64,000 bases of DNA, taken from positions 2,698-66,697 of the forward strand of contig JACRLJ010000056.1 in NCBI GenBank assembly GCA_016215105.1. Reading direction: 5' to 3'. This DNA comes from Candidatus Hydrogenedentota bacterium (GTDB lineage: Bacteria > Hydrogenedentota > Hydrogenedentia > Hydrogenedentales > SLHB01). Shown here piece after piece: positions 42,400 through 52,078 of this stretch (its first letter is position 1; every line of letters starts with the position of its first letter). The position numbers were made by a program, and so were the translations under genes. The notes under the pieces are model-generated. The model saw only the letters and a list, made by a program, of their open reading frames with translations, was not told where the DNA came from and searched no databases.

Positions 42400-43130
42400 A
42401 GCAACGACGGGCCGCCATCGATTCGCTGCTTTCTACCACGGACGCGCTTCGCCGCGAAGTGTCCGCCATGCGCTTCGGTTCGCCCGTAACCCACGTCTAC
42501 AATCCGCTTGACTACGCGCGGGCGCCGCACGAGCAGTACTTGCGCCGCTACGGGCAAGCCCCAAAGGAAATCGTTCTGGTTGGCATGAATCCCGGACCCT
42601 GGGGCATGGCGCAAACCGGTGTGCCTTTCGGTGAGGTCAGATTGGTCCGCGACTGGCTCGGCATAGACGCGCCCGTCAACCATCCCGATCCCGAACACCC
42701 TGTGCGTCCCATCACGGGTTTTGCCTGCGCACGCAGCGAAGTGAGCGGCGCCCGGCTCTGGGGCTGGGCCCGCGCCCGTTTCCATGCCCCGGAATGTTTC
42801 TTCAAACGCTTCTTCATCGTGAACTACTGCCCCCTCTGTTTCATGGAATCGAGCGGCCGCAACTTCACGCCCGACAAACTCCCGGCGCGCGAACGCGAGC
42901 CCCTTATCGCTGCGTGTGACCGCGCATTGCGCGACATAATCACGCATTTCCGGCCACGCTATGTTATTGGTGTCGGTCACTTCGCGGAAGCTCGCGCCCG
43001 CGCCGCCTTAACCGGCATGGCCCCGATCATCGGACGAATTCCGCATCCCAGCCCCGCTAGTCCCGCCGCCAACCGCGGCTGGGCCGAAGCCGCCGAAACG
43101 GCACTGACCGCGCTCGGAATCTCCGTGTAG
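42396..43130 (+). CDS. SMUG1-family uracil-DNA glycosylase
   Basis: YNPLDYA, GMNPGPWGMAQTGVPFG, SEVSG, NYCPL, HPSPASP. Confidence 0.92.
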   Translation: MKQRRAAIDSLLSTTDALRREVSAMRFGSPVTHVYNPLDYARAPHEQYLRRYGQAPKEIVLVGMNPGPWGMAQTGVPFGEVRLVRDWLGIDAPVNHPDPEHPVRPITGFACARSEVSGARLWGWARARFHAPECFFKRFFIVNYCPLCFMESSGRNFTPDKLPAREREPLIAACDRALRDIITHFRPRYVIGVGHFAEARARAALTGMAPIIGRIPHPSPASPAANRGWAEAAETALTALGISV

Positions 43131-43141
43131 CCGGCGCGCCA

Positions 43142-43221
43142 GGCGCTTTCAGCGAAAGCGCCCCACCCCACGCGCCCCATCCCGTGGACGACGGGGTAGG
43201 GACGTTTTGCCAAAACGTCCC
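43142..43221. repeat. Divergent pair of REP-like palindromes
   Basis: Minus GTGG-GGCGCTTTC-gct-GAAAGCGCC (43142-43166); plus GTAG-GGACGTTTT-gcc-AAAACGTCC (43196-43220). Confidence 0.6.
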
Positions 43222-43307
43222 CGCGCGACGATCTGCACATTGTCCCGGCCCGCACTCGTCGTGTATCCTGTACACAATTGACCGCACGTATCGAAAGGAA
43301 TCCAATC

Positions 43308-43814
43308 ATGAGCAATCCCCAGGTTGATGTCTACGTGTCCCTGCTCGAAACCTGCGTCGCAGACACGCTCAGGGTTGCCGGCGCGGTCCGTCCCGCGGAT
43401 CGGCTTATCCAACTGAAGCCAGGCAAGGCCCATCCGATGTGGCTCGTCGGGCATCTCACTAATACCCTCAATACCGTCATCCTGCAATGGGTGTTGGCCG
43501 AGGAAAGCGAACTCACGCGTGAATTCGGCAAGAAATTCGCCCCCGATTTCGCCAATGGCGATCCGATTACCGCGAATGCGGCTGACTATCCTTCGTGGGA
43601 TGAAGTCATCGGCCTCTATGGAAAACTCGGAGACTGTGTAATCGAAAGATTGAAGAAGCTTCGCGACAGCGACTTGCCACTGCCTCTCAAAGGACCGATT
43701 CCCGAAGCTCGCCGCGATATCTTCAAGTCCAACCAAATTACCTTGGCCCGAATGGTTGGTCACGACTCTTATCATCGCGGCCAGATCGGCCTCTTGTCGA
43801 AAATCAACCCCTGA
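43308..43814 (+). CDS. DinB/YfiT-family protein
   Basis: HPMWLVGHL and HDSYHRGQI histidine motifs. Confidence 0.85.
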   Translation: MSNPQVDVYVSLLETCVADTLRVAGAVRPADRLIQLKPGKAHPMWLVGHLTNTLNTVILQWVLAEESELTREFGKKFAPDFANGDPITANAADYPSWDEVIGLYGKLGDCVIERLKKLRDSDLPLPLKGPIPEARRDIFKSNQITLARMVGHDSYHRGQIGLLSKINP

Positions 43815-43870
43815 CAATGATTTCACAACACTCTTCGACATCTCTCGTCGATGCGAGTTAGCCCATCGAT

Positions 43871-45058
43871 ATGAGCGAACCACGCCAATCCGACGAGAAG
43901 GTGCTTCTCTTCTGTCTGTCCTGGTTCTTCTACAACTTCAGCTACTGGGCGGTTATGTCCTACCTACCCATACACCTGAAGGAAATCGGCTACACCCGCC
44001 CCGACGTCGGCTACTGCATGGCCATACCGCAATTCATCGCGCTGTGCGCTGTTGTTCCTTTCGGTTATTTCTCCGACCGCTTTGCGGCGCGTCGGCTATC
44101 TCAAGTTGGTATCGGCTTGATGGCGTTGTGGACCGTCGCCCTGGCGCTTCTGCCCAAAGGTCCCGCGTTGACCGCCTCCTTCGCATTTGCCGGCGCGGGT
44201 TCCACGCTGCACCTCGTCGCGTTCAACGCGCTCTTCCTGAAACACCTCACTCCTGAAACCAAGGGACGCAAAGTCGGAGCCTTCGTCTTCGCCGAGTTCT
44301 TCGGCTACTCGCTCGGGCCCATGGCCGGTCCCGCCGCGCTCAAGGCGCTCGGTCTCGCCGATACCCTTTCCTCCGTCTACTTCTACGGCGCCGCCGCAGG
44401 CTTTGCCGCTGCGCTCATCGTTACGCTGTTCTTGCGCGACGCCGAGCGCCTGCCCTTCCATCTCTCCGAATACGTGGACGACCTACGCTCGGGGTCAGGC
44501 CGTCTGATCGTTGGGATCTTGCTCATGTACGCTTTTCACTTCGGAGCGGAGCAAGCGTTCTACCCCGCGCTCATGCGCGAACAGTGCGGCCTGGACCAAC
44601 TTGGCGTCGGGGAAGTCTTCGCATACTCCGGGGTCCTCATCGCCGCCACGGCCTTCTGGTCTGGAGGCCTGTTTGACCGTCGCAAGAAATTCTTCACTAC
44701 CATGGCCATCGCGATGATCTTCAGTGGGGCGTTTCAAGCATTCACCGGGGCAGGTCATTCCTTCTGGCAAATGATCGGCATTCGCACCCCGCACGTGATC
44801 GCCGACGGTGTCCTCAACTGCTACGTCACCTTATTCGTCGCAACGGCGTTTCCGCAGCACCGCCTCGGCGGCAACTACGGCTTTGTTAATGCGGTGCGAA
44901 CGATCTCGATCTTCCTTGGCGCTGTTGCCAGCGGCCACTTAGTACAGGGCGGAGGACTCCCCATGCCTTTCTACGTAACAGGCCTGGTTTGCGCCGGGGC
45001 GGGCGCCATCCTCCTTTTCTTCCGCCCCCAACTCAAGCGCGTGATGGCGGAAACCTAG
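43871..45058 (+). CDS. MFS transporter
   Basis: About 12 TM helices; GYFSDRFAARR motif A. Confidence 0.88.
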   Translation: MSEPRQSDEKVLLFCLSWFFYNFSYWAVMSYLPIHLKEIGYTRPDVGYCMAIPQFIALCAVVPFGYFSDRFAARRLSQVGIGLMALWTVALALLPKGPALTASFAFAGAGSTLHLVAFNALFLKHLTPETKGRKVGAFVFAEFFGYSLGPMAGPAALKALGLADTLSSVYFYGAAAGFAAALIVTLFLRDAERLPFHLSEYVDDLRSGSGRLIVGILLMYAFHFGAEQAFYPALMREQCGLDQLGVGEVFAYSGVLIAATAFWSGGLFDRRKKFFTTMAIAMIFSGAFQAFTGAGHSFWQMIGIRTPHVIADGVLNCYVTLFVATAFPQHRLGGNYGFVNAVRTISIFLGAVASGHLVQGGGLPMPFYVTGLVCAGAGAILLFFRPQLKRVMAET

Positions 45059-45111
45059 CGTCGCAACCCCTTTATCCCGAGTGTGATACCATGGCTAAAA
45101 TCGTGTTGGAG

Positions 45112-45140
45112 TTGCTTTTCGTGTGTAACTTAGTTACAAT
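45112..45140 (+). promoter_or_regulatory. sigma70 promoter (TTGCTT-17-TACAAT) overlapped by operator palindrome TGTAACT-t-AGTTACA
   Basis: Perfect 7-bp inverted repeat at 45124-45138 covering the spacer and -10. Confidence 0.75.
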
Positions 45141-45158
45141 ATGGGTCGGCGTTGGCTA

Positions 45159-45473
45159 ATGAGAGAAGAACGGACGGCTAAGTGTAGCGAGCTTCTGGCA
45201 GAGGTCCGGCGACGCGTTGAACGAGGTGATTACCTCGAAACTATGCATGCTCAAGCACAAATGGCTGATCGAGGGATCACTACCATCGAAACGCAGTACG
45301 TGCTGAAACTCGGCTACCATGAGAAGAAGAAAGACTCCTATGCTGAGCGGTTTGGGGCCTGGAACTATGCAATCCGGGGTTTCACGTTGGACGGCGAGAA
45401 GGAGTTGCGCGTCGTAGTAACTTTGAATCCCGAGGGAGTGCTTGTGATTACCGCCATCGATTTGGCGAAGTGA
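45159..45473 (+). CDS. DUF4258-like protein, putative toxin
   Basis: TMHAQAQMADRGIT, WNYAIRG, LRVVV, LVITAID. Confidence 0.72.
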   Translation: MREERTAKCSELLAEVRRRVERGDYLETMHAQAQMADRGITTIETQYVLKLGYHEKKKDSYAERFGAWNYAIRGFTLDGEKELRVVVTLNPEGVLVITAIDLAK

Positions 45474-45498
45474 GGTGTTGTACGTGCGCGCAAGAATC

Positions 45499-45939
45499 AT
45501 GAAAGAGTACGTCTATTGCGGTTTCGGTTTTCCGATTACGCTGCGAAATGTAAAGATCACTCAAGTAAATGGTGAGGATGTGCCACATATCGACTACGCT
45601 AAGCTACGCAAGACGGTTCTGGAGTTGTTGGCAAGAAAACCGTCACGTCTGATCGGAAAAGAGGTCCGATTTGTCCGCCAATGTCTGGAAATGCCGCTGA
45701 CCGAATTCGGCGAGCATTTTGGCGTCTCCCATGTTGCCGTCAAGAAATGGGAGAGCAAATCCGACTGCGTCACGGAAATGTCTTGGTCGGCCGAAAAGGA
45801 CTTGCGCATGTTCATCTTGCGAAAGCTAGGGAAGTCTCCGGAAGCGATTATTTCTCTGTACGACCTGCTCAAAACAAAATACCCCAATACTGTTCCGGCG
45901 AGACCTAAGATAACTAACAGAACGTTGGCGCTGTCCTAA
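45499..45939 (+). CDS. XRE-type HTH protein, MqsA-like putative antitoxin
   Basis: GFPITLRNV, EVRFVRQCLEMPLTEFGEHFGVSHVAVKKWE helix-turn-helix. Confidence 0.75.
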   Translation: MKEYVYCGFGFPITLRNVKITQVNGEDVPHIDYAKLRKTVLELLARKPSRLIGKEVRFVRQCLEMPLTEFGEHFGVSHVAVKKWESKSDCVTEMSWSAEKDLRMFILRKLGKSPEAIISLYDLLKTKYPNTVPARPKITNRTLALS

Positions 45940-45968
45940 GCTGCCTCCTATACCCAAGATCGGACCCC

Positions 45969-46823
45969 ATGGAACAATCGCTCTACGACATTTGCCACCA
46001 ATACGACATTCGCTTCAAGAAGTCGCTGGGACAGAATCTGCTTCTCGACGATAACATCAATCGCATCATGGTGGATGCCGCCGAACTCACGCCCGAAACC
46101 GACGTCATCGAAGTGGGCGCCGGTCTTGGCGCGCTGACCAGCCGCCTTTACAAACAGGCCCGCCGCGTTCTTGCCGTCGAAATCGACCGCGCATTCATGC
46201 CCGTCCTCGAAGACCGATTCGGAGAGATCGAGAATATTCATCTGTTCCGGGGTGATATCCTTAATCACAGTCTCCCCAAGCTGCTCGATGAATACATTCC
46301 CGGCGCAACGAAGTTGGCCATGGTCTCCAATCTTCCCTATTACATCACCACGCCCATTCTCTTTCACTTTTGGGGTGCGCCGATCTTCTTCTCGCACATG
46401 GTCGTCATGGTGCAGGAAGAAGTCGGTGAACGCATGGTCGCGGCTGTCGACTCCGCGGACTATGGCGTGCTCGCTCTCGCCGCGCGCCTCCACTCCGAAG
46501 TGGACATTGTCCACCGCGTCCCGCGTACGTGCTTCAAACCTGAGCCCAAAGTGGACAGTTGCATCGTACGCCTGCGAAACCGCCAAACACCCCTGTTCCC
46601 GGACCTGGACATCAAATTCCTTACACGGGTCATCCGTGCCGCTTTTGCCCAGCGCCGGAAAACCCTGCGAAACACACTGACCCGCACGGGAGAGTTCGGC
46701 GCTCCGAAAGAAGCGGTACTGGAAGCCTTCGAGGCGACTGGAATCGACCCAGGACGCCGCCCCCAAACCCTTACCCTGGAAGAGTTTGCGTCGATGGCGC
46801 GCGAGATTCGCGCACGGATATAA
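45969..46823 (+). CDS. rsmA: 16S rRNA m6,2A1518/1519 dimethyltransferase
   Basis: KKSLGQN, IEVGAGLG, SNLPYYITTP, MVQEEV, PKVDS, FAQRRKTLRN. Confidence 0.95.
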   Translation: MEQSLYDICHQYDIRFKKSLGQNLLLDDNINRIMVDAAELTPETDVIEVGAGLGALTSRLYKQARRVLAVEIDRAFMPVLEDRFGEIENIHLFRGDILNHSLPKLLDEYIPGATKLAMVSNLPYYITTPILFHFWGAPIFFSHMVVMVQEEVGERMVAAVDSADYGVLALAARLHSEVDIVHRVPRTCFKPEPKVDSCIVRLRNRQTPLFPDLDIKFLTRVIRAAFAQRRKTLRNTLTRTGEFGAPKEAVLEAFEATGIDPGRRPQTLTLEEFASMAREIRARI

Positions 46824-47010
46824 TGTACGGCCGTTGAATACTGGCGAGATTCATCCCACGAAGCATCGCTGCGCGGGGCAGCGCCCGAGACATTGTTGGC
46901 GGTATTCGCCAAAACCCGTCAATTGTGGTAAATATAAAGGGGCCTCACGAAGCGCGCCGCAACGGGCGCGCCGTTCCTTGTACACTACGGCGTAAGGAAG
47001 CTGGATATAT

Positions 47011-48105
47011 ATGGCCGATACCCGACCACGAACGAAAGCAACGCGCGCCTCGACAACTCGCAAGAAGCCACACTCGATCGCGGAGCAGGCGCTTGCGAGT
47101 CTCACCAGCGGTGTAATCGCCATGGACGCCGACGGTGTCGTCCTATACGCCAACAACGCCGCCACCCTGTTTCTCGGTATGCGCCTGCCCGTCGGAACGC
47201 GGTTGAGCGATCTGCCTGCCGTATCCCCGTTGCTCGAGGTGGTGCGCGAGATCATGGACTCCAGAAGCCCTGTCAGCCGCCGCGAAGTGCATATCGTAAC
47301 CCTGGATGGGGCAAGGAAGGAGATTGGACTTTCGGCGTCCCTACTCGAAGGACCGAGTGATTTCAACGGTGTTATTCTGCTGTTCACCGACATGACCGAG
47401 CGCCGCGCATTGGAGCGGTCCGCCGAGTTGAATCGTCAACTCGCCCAAATTGGGGAGCTCACCGCCGGAGTCGTTCACGAACTGCGCAATCCCGTCAGCG
47501 TTGTGAGCGGCATGTCCGAACTCCTACTCCGAAAACTGGAGGCTGGCGACGACCGTCGGGACATCGCCGACGCGATTTTCCAGGAGGCCAGGAATCTGGA
47601 AGAGTCCATCGCGCAATTTCTCGGTTTCGCGCGGCCGTTCGAGTTGGAGCTGTCGTATTGCACGCCCGACGCCATTGTTCGGCGCGCAACGCAATTGTGT
47701 CAACGGCAAGCCGAAAAGAAACCGGCCAGGCTCGAAGCGATCATCGAAGACGATCTGCCGGAAATGCGCGCCGATCTCAGCCGGGCCGCCCAGGCTATCG
47801 CCAATCTGATCAGCAACGCCATTGACGCCGTGAACCCGGACGGATGGGTTCAGGTCAGCGCCCGCCGTGATGATAGTTCCATCGTGTTCGAGGTCATGGA
47901 CAACGGCCCCGGTATACATCTGAACCCGAACGAAGATCTGTTTTCGCCCTTTTTCACCAAGAAGGAAAGCGGCACGGGGCTGGGCCTGTCTATTGTTCAC
48001 CGTGTCATTACCGCTCACGGCGGCACGGTGAGCTACGTCAACCGTCCCGAAGGCGGAGCCTGCTTCACCGTCCGTCTGCCCATCGAGAGGGAAGCCCTTG
48101 CCTGA
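47011..48105 (+). CDS. Cytoplasmic PAS sensor histidine kinase (NtrB/AtoS-like)
   Basis: PAS, HELRNP, NAIDA, DNGPG, FFTKK..GTGLGL. Confidence 0.9.
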   Translation: MADTRPRTKATRASTTRKKPHSIAEQALASLTSGVIAMDADGVVLYANNAATLFLGMRLPVGTRLSDLPAVSPLLEVVREIMDSRSPVSRREVHIVTLDGARKEIGLSASLLEGPSDFNGVILLFTDMTERRALERSAELNRQLAQIGELTAGVVHELRNPVSVVSGMSELLLRKLEAGDDRRDIADAIFQEARNLEESIAQFLGFARPFELELSYCTPDAIVRRATQLCQRQAEKKPARLEAIIEDDLPEMRADLSRAAQAIANLISNAIDAVNPDGWVQVSARRDDSSIVFEVMDNGPGIHLNPNEDLFSPFFTKKESGTGLGLSIVHRVITAHGGTVSYVNRPEGGACFTVRLPIEREALA

Positions 48106-48889
48106 CCAACGAGGCCAACCCGCCGCGAAGCAACTGGAATTCCACTGGGAAAGCCGGCGCGAAAGCGCTTCGGAAGTGGCCCCCGAATCGGCGGCTTCGG
48201 CGCCGCGCGATACGGCGTCATTGCGCCGGGATCTCGAAAACCAAACCGGTCTGACCATTCAATTGACGATTACCGACAATACGTCTACTCTGATGACCGT
48301 GCGCAGGGATAGCGCCAAAGCGCACGCCACGCTTCGACTCCATCGCATGTTTCTTCAAGCCCACGGCCCCGCGCTTAACGCGCTGGCGGCGTGGGTCAAG
48401 AACCCCCGCCAACACGCGCGCAACCCGATGCTCGGAGCCTTCATGCGCGATAACCGGCTGCAGATCCGAAAGCGTACTGACTCCGCCGTCGAACTCCGTA
48501 CGCGCGGGACGCAGTACGACCTCCAAGAGCTGTTCGACGAAGTGAATAGCGCCCAGTTCGCTGGCAAGATTCAAGCGAAGATCACCTGGGGACGGATGCC
48601 CGCGTCGCGCCGCCGCCGCCGATCAATCCGATTCGGGAGCTATCTCGCTGAAGAAGATCTCATTCGCATCCACCCGCTCCTCGATCAGGACTTCGTGCCC
48701 AGGTACTTCATCCGCTACATCGTATTCCACGAGATGTTGCACGCGGATGTCGGCATCAAAACGTCGTCCTCGGGACGCCGCGACGTCCACTCACCCGAAT
48801 TCACCCGGCGCGAAAAGGCCTACCCTGATTACGCGCGCGCGGTCGCCTGGCAGGATCACCCTGCGCATCTGCGAAAACTGCTTCGTTAG
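48098..48889 (+). CDS. SprT-like zinc metalloprotease
   Basis: IRIHPLLD, YIVFHEMLH, HSPEF. Confidence 0.8.
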   Translation: MPDQRGQPAAKQLEFHWESRRESASEVAPESAASAPRDTASLRRDLENQTGLTIQLTITDNTSTLMTVRRDSAKAHATLRLHRMFLQAHGPALNALAAWVKNPRQHARNPMLGAFMRDNRLQIRKRTDSAVELRTRGTQYDLQELFDEVNSAQFAGKIQAKITWGRMPASRRRRRSIRFGSYLAEEDLIRIHPLLDQDFVPRYFIRYIVFHEMLHADVGIKTSSSGRRDVHSPEFTRREKAYPDYARAVAWQDHPAHLRKLLR

Positions 48890-49387
48890 TTTTCGAGACG
48901 GCGTGGTGAATATCTGGCCTCGTGCGGCGCCGTCACCATGAGCGAAATAGCGCGTCCGCGTCTACAACTGTCGAAATATCACCCATTGAATAGAAATTAC
49001 TATACTGTTAGTACAGGGTGTTTGGAGTATATACATCCCTAGCACTCTTCTCGCCAAAACGCCCGCTTTGAGATTCCGGGTTTTCCCGCGAAGCCGCGCG
49101 CAATCTACGTAGTTTTATCCCCGGCTCGCGATCACGTGTAACGTCTTCCACGCAAGTCAGTACAGTTGCCCGGATGAGTGAGAGATGCGGCGGCGTGTGA
49201 CTGCGATGATTTCGATTCGAAACGCGGAAAACGCCAAGTCCTGTGTTGCTAAGGAAGAACCCTCGCGCAATAACTGGAAAGGAGAATGGCGCGGAATCGT
49301 GCATTTTTCGTCTCACACAAGCAAATGAATGTAGCATCGCGGCGCCTTCGCTTCGCACGTGAGCGGACGCGACCGGGGAGAAGTACA

Positions 49388-50713
49388 ATGAAACAATCGA
49401 GTTCCTTCGTTTTTCCGTTAACACTCGCCGTATTGGTGGCCGTTCTGGGGACTGGCTGCCCGAATCAGTTGTCGCAACTTTCTGCGCTCTCGGATTCGTC
49501 GCGATCGCATTCTGACTCAGATTCACATTCTGACTCAGATTCAGACTCGCATCCGGCCCCAGATCCCACTCCGACTCCGGCGCCGGCCCCCTCAAGCGCC
49601 GCTTACGTCGTGCTCGCGCACAACGACCTCGGCATGCACTGTATGAACGAGGACTTCTCGGAGTTCATGATCTTGCCGCCGTACAATACGGTGCGCGCGC
49701 AGGTCATCCGTCGTGGTGAGGAACCGAAGATAATCACCAGCGGAGTCCAGGTCGACTACGTAATTCCGTCAAACACGACCTCTGTGAATAAGACGAATTT
49801 CTGGACCTACGCCCTGGACTTGTTTGGTGTTACGTTACCCCCGGACGTGGGTTTGACTGGAAACGGTCTCAAGGGCCCCATGGCCGCTGAACCCGCGGCG
49901 GGCGACTGGGTCGTAACCGGAATCCCGGTGACTCCAATCAATGATGAGAATCAGCTTGACCCATATCCGTTGGCGACGATTTCCGCCACAAAGAATGGCC
50001 AGAAACTTGCCAGCAGCCAGGCCGTCGTTCCGGTCTCGTGGGAGATCAGTTGCGACATCTGTCACAGCACTCCGGGGATCTCTGTCGCTACAGACATCCT
50101 GCGCGCGCACGACCGCATGCACGGAACCGCCCTCGAAACTCAGAAGCCCGTGGTATGCGGCTCGTGCCATGCGCAGCCTCCGCTCGGCCTAACCGGCGTC
50201 CAAGGTGTGCCAAGTCTTTCGAGCGCGATGCACTCCGCCCACGCGTCCCGTATGGCGGTGGCGAACCTCGCCGTCGATTGCTACGCCTGCCATCCGGGCT
50301 TTAAGACGCAATGTCTGCGCGATATTCACTTCAAGAAGGGCCTCGACTGCGTTGACTGCCACGGCGGAATGCAACAAGTCGGCGACCCGTCCCGCCAGTC
50401 CTGGCAGGACGAGCCTCGCTGCGGCGATTGCCATAACAAGAAGGGCCACGAATACGAACAGACCAACACACTGTTCCGCAATTCCAAAGGCCACCACGGT
50501 GTGAGTTGTTCCTCGTGCCACGGCAGTCCGCACGCGATAACGCCCACAGTGAACGCGCAGGACAATGTTCAAGCCATTGCGCTCCAAGGACACGCCGGAA
50601 CGATCGATACCTGTACCGTCTGCCACACCATGAAGCCGGACGATTCGTTCGACCATCGTTTCAGTGGCGGTGATAAGGCGGTTACGCAGGACGCATCCGA
50701 AGGAAACGCGTAG
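49388..50713 (+). CDS. Multiheme (7 CxxCH) cytochrome c lipoprotein
   Basis: LGTGC lipobox-like site; NDLGMHC; CDICH, CGSCH, CYACH, CVDCH, CGDCH, CSSCH, CTVCH. Confidence 0.88.
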   Translation: MKQSSSFVFPLTLAVLVAVLGTGCPNQLSQLSALSDSSRSHSDSDSHSDSDSDSHPAPDPTPTPAPAPSSAAYVVLAHNDLGMHCMNEDFSEFMILPPYNTVRAQVIRRGEEPKIITSGVQVDYVIPSNTTSVNKTNFWTYALDLFGVTLPPDVGLTGNGLKGPMAAEPAAGDWVVTGIPVTPINDENQLDPYPLATISATKNGQKLASSQAVVPVSWEISCDICHSTPGISVATDILRAHDRMHGTALETQKPVVCGSCHAQPPLGLTGVQGVPSLSSAMHSAHASRMAVANLAVDCYACHPGFKTQCLRDIHFKKGLDCVDCHGGMQQVGDPSRQSWQDEPRCGDCHNKKGHEYEQTNTLFRNSKGHHGVSCSSCHGSPHAITPTVNAQDNVQAIALQGHAGTIDTCTVCHTMKPDDSFDHRFSGGDKAVTQDASEGNA

Positions 50714-50796
50714 GCTCGGGCGCCTCAACCGGAATCCCGTAACCACACGCTGATATGCATGTACACGATGTGAGTTTGCAGGGCATACAATCGGAA

Positions 50797-50841
50797 CGGC
50801 CGGACGTCTCGCCGCAGGCGGCGCGTCCGGCCCTTCTGTTG
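50797..50841 (+). terminator. Candidate terminator hairpin after the cytochrome gene
   Basis: GGCCGGACG...CGTCCGGCC stem followed by cttctgttgt. Confidence 0.4.
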
Positions 50842-51490
50842 TGACACAACTGCAAGCTTGTCCCCTGCGGCGCCACGAGCATCCAATCGATGCCGCGCGC
50901 GTCGTTCGGGTGGGGAATCTGCGTTTTCGAACGACTTGGTAACCTTCACCTCGACGGCTGCATTGCGTTTTCCCGTCCATTCACCTAAAATCCACCTGCG
51001 AGGTGGCCGCGAAACCGTGAAGATGCGTGAAACTCGGTCGCGGAGGTCGCGGACCGGTCACCCTGGGGTGGATTCGGTGGAACCCCTCGTCTGGTACGAT
51101 ACCAAAGCACGTTGACCGCGTTCCCAGTCGCCGCGTGACCGGGCACGCATTGCGGCGCAAAAAAACCAGGGCGGGACGGCCGCAGCCGCCCAAACTACGG
51201 TGTGTGACTTCTTTGCCAGCAGGCCCCGCATACAAGAGGCTGGCCCAGAAGCCGAGGCGGACCGGTCGCAACTGTCCGAATTGTGGCATGACTTCTCTTT
51301 CGGCGGTATCCGCGCATTCCGCGCGGAAGAGCTCGGCCAAGAAGCTGCTTGCCATGGATTGTTAGGTCAGAATGCGTAGTTCTCATACTTTTGTGATGTT
51401 TCCTGATCTCGCTTGTATAATGCCTAGAATTCGACACGCGGTGGCGCGTTGGGCTCTGGGTTTATGCTCCCGCCCGAAAGGCGCCAGCCG

Positions 51491-52078
51491 ATGAGTTCCG
51501 ACGAGCGCTTGGACGAAGAGTTGATGGCCCTGGTGCGGAAGGGCGATCAATCGATATTCGCCGAGCTGGTGCGCCGATACCAAAACGATTTGTTTCGGTT
51601 TTGCCTGCACTATCTCAAAGACGTAGAACGCTCGAAGGAACTGACTCAAGAAGCATTTGTGCGCGTATACGTGGCGCGAGACCGATTCGACGACTCGCGC
51701 CGCTTTCGACCTTGGATACTGTGTATCGCCAGGAATCTTTGCCTGAATGAGATTAAACGCAAAAAGACAGTCCCGATGGAGTCTCTCGAGGAATACGCCA
51801 GTACAGCCCGAGAGGCCAGTGGCGAAATCCTGCGTTCGTCGAGCGACGGTCCCAGCGAAATGCTCGCCGCCGCGGAACGGCGGGAACTGCTTGTCAAAGC
51901 GCTCGATGGACTCGACTCGGATTCACGGGAAATTGTCACTCTGCGCTTTTTTGAACGGATGCAGGCCCGCGACATCGCGGAAATCGTTGGCAGCAGCGAA
52001 GGCGCCGTGCGAACCAAACTGCACCGCATACTCAAGTCGCTACGAGAAAAGTATCACGATTTACGGGAGCACGTGTGA
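51491..52078 (+). CDS. ECF RNA polymerase sigma factor
   Basis: DEELM..GDQSIFAELV, QEAFVR, WILCIARN, IAEIVG.SEGAVRTKLHR. Confidence 0.9.
   Translation: MSSDERLDEELMALVRKGDQSIFAELVRRYQNDLFRFCLHYLKDVERSKELTQEAFVRVYVARDRFDDSRRFRPWILCIARNLCLNEIKRKKTVPMESLEEYASTAREASGEILRSSSDGPSEMLAAAERRELLVKALDGLDSDSREIVTLRFFERMQARDIAEIVGSSEGAVRTKLHRILKSLREKYHDLREHV

Noticed and set aside
40459..45960. Genomic island integrated at tRNA-Ala
   Set aside because: No integrase and no duplicated tRNA 3' end noticed downstream
50981..51365. ORFs of 112-124 aa between the cytochrome and the ECF sigma
   Set aside because: No RBS, motif or protein-like composition; checked for the PxxA leader and found none
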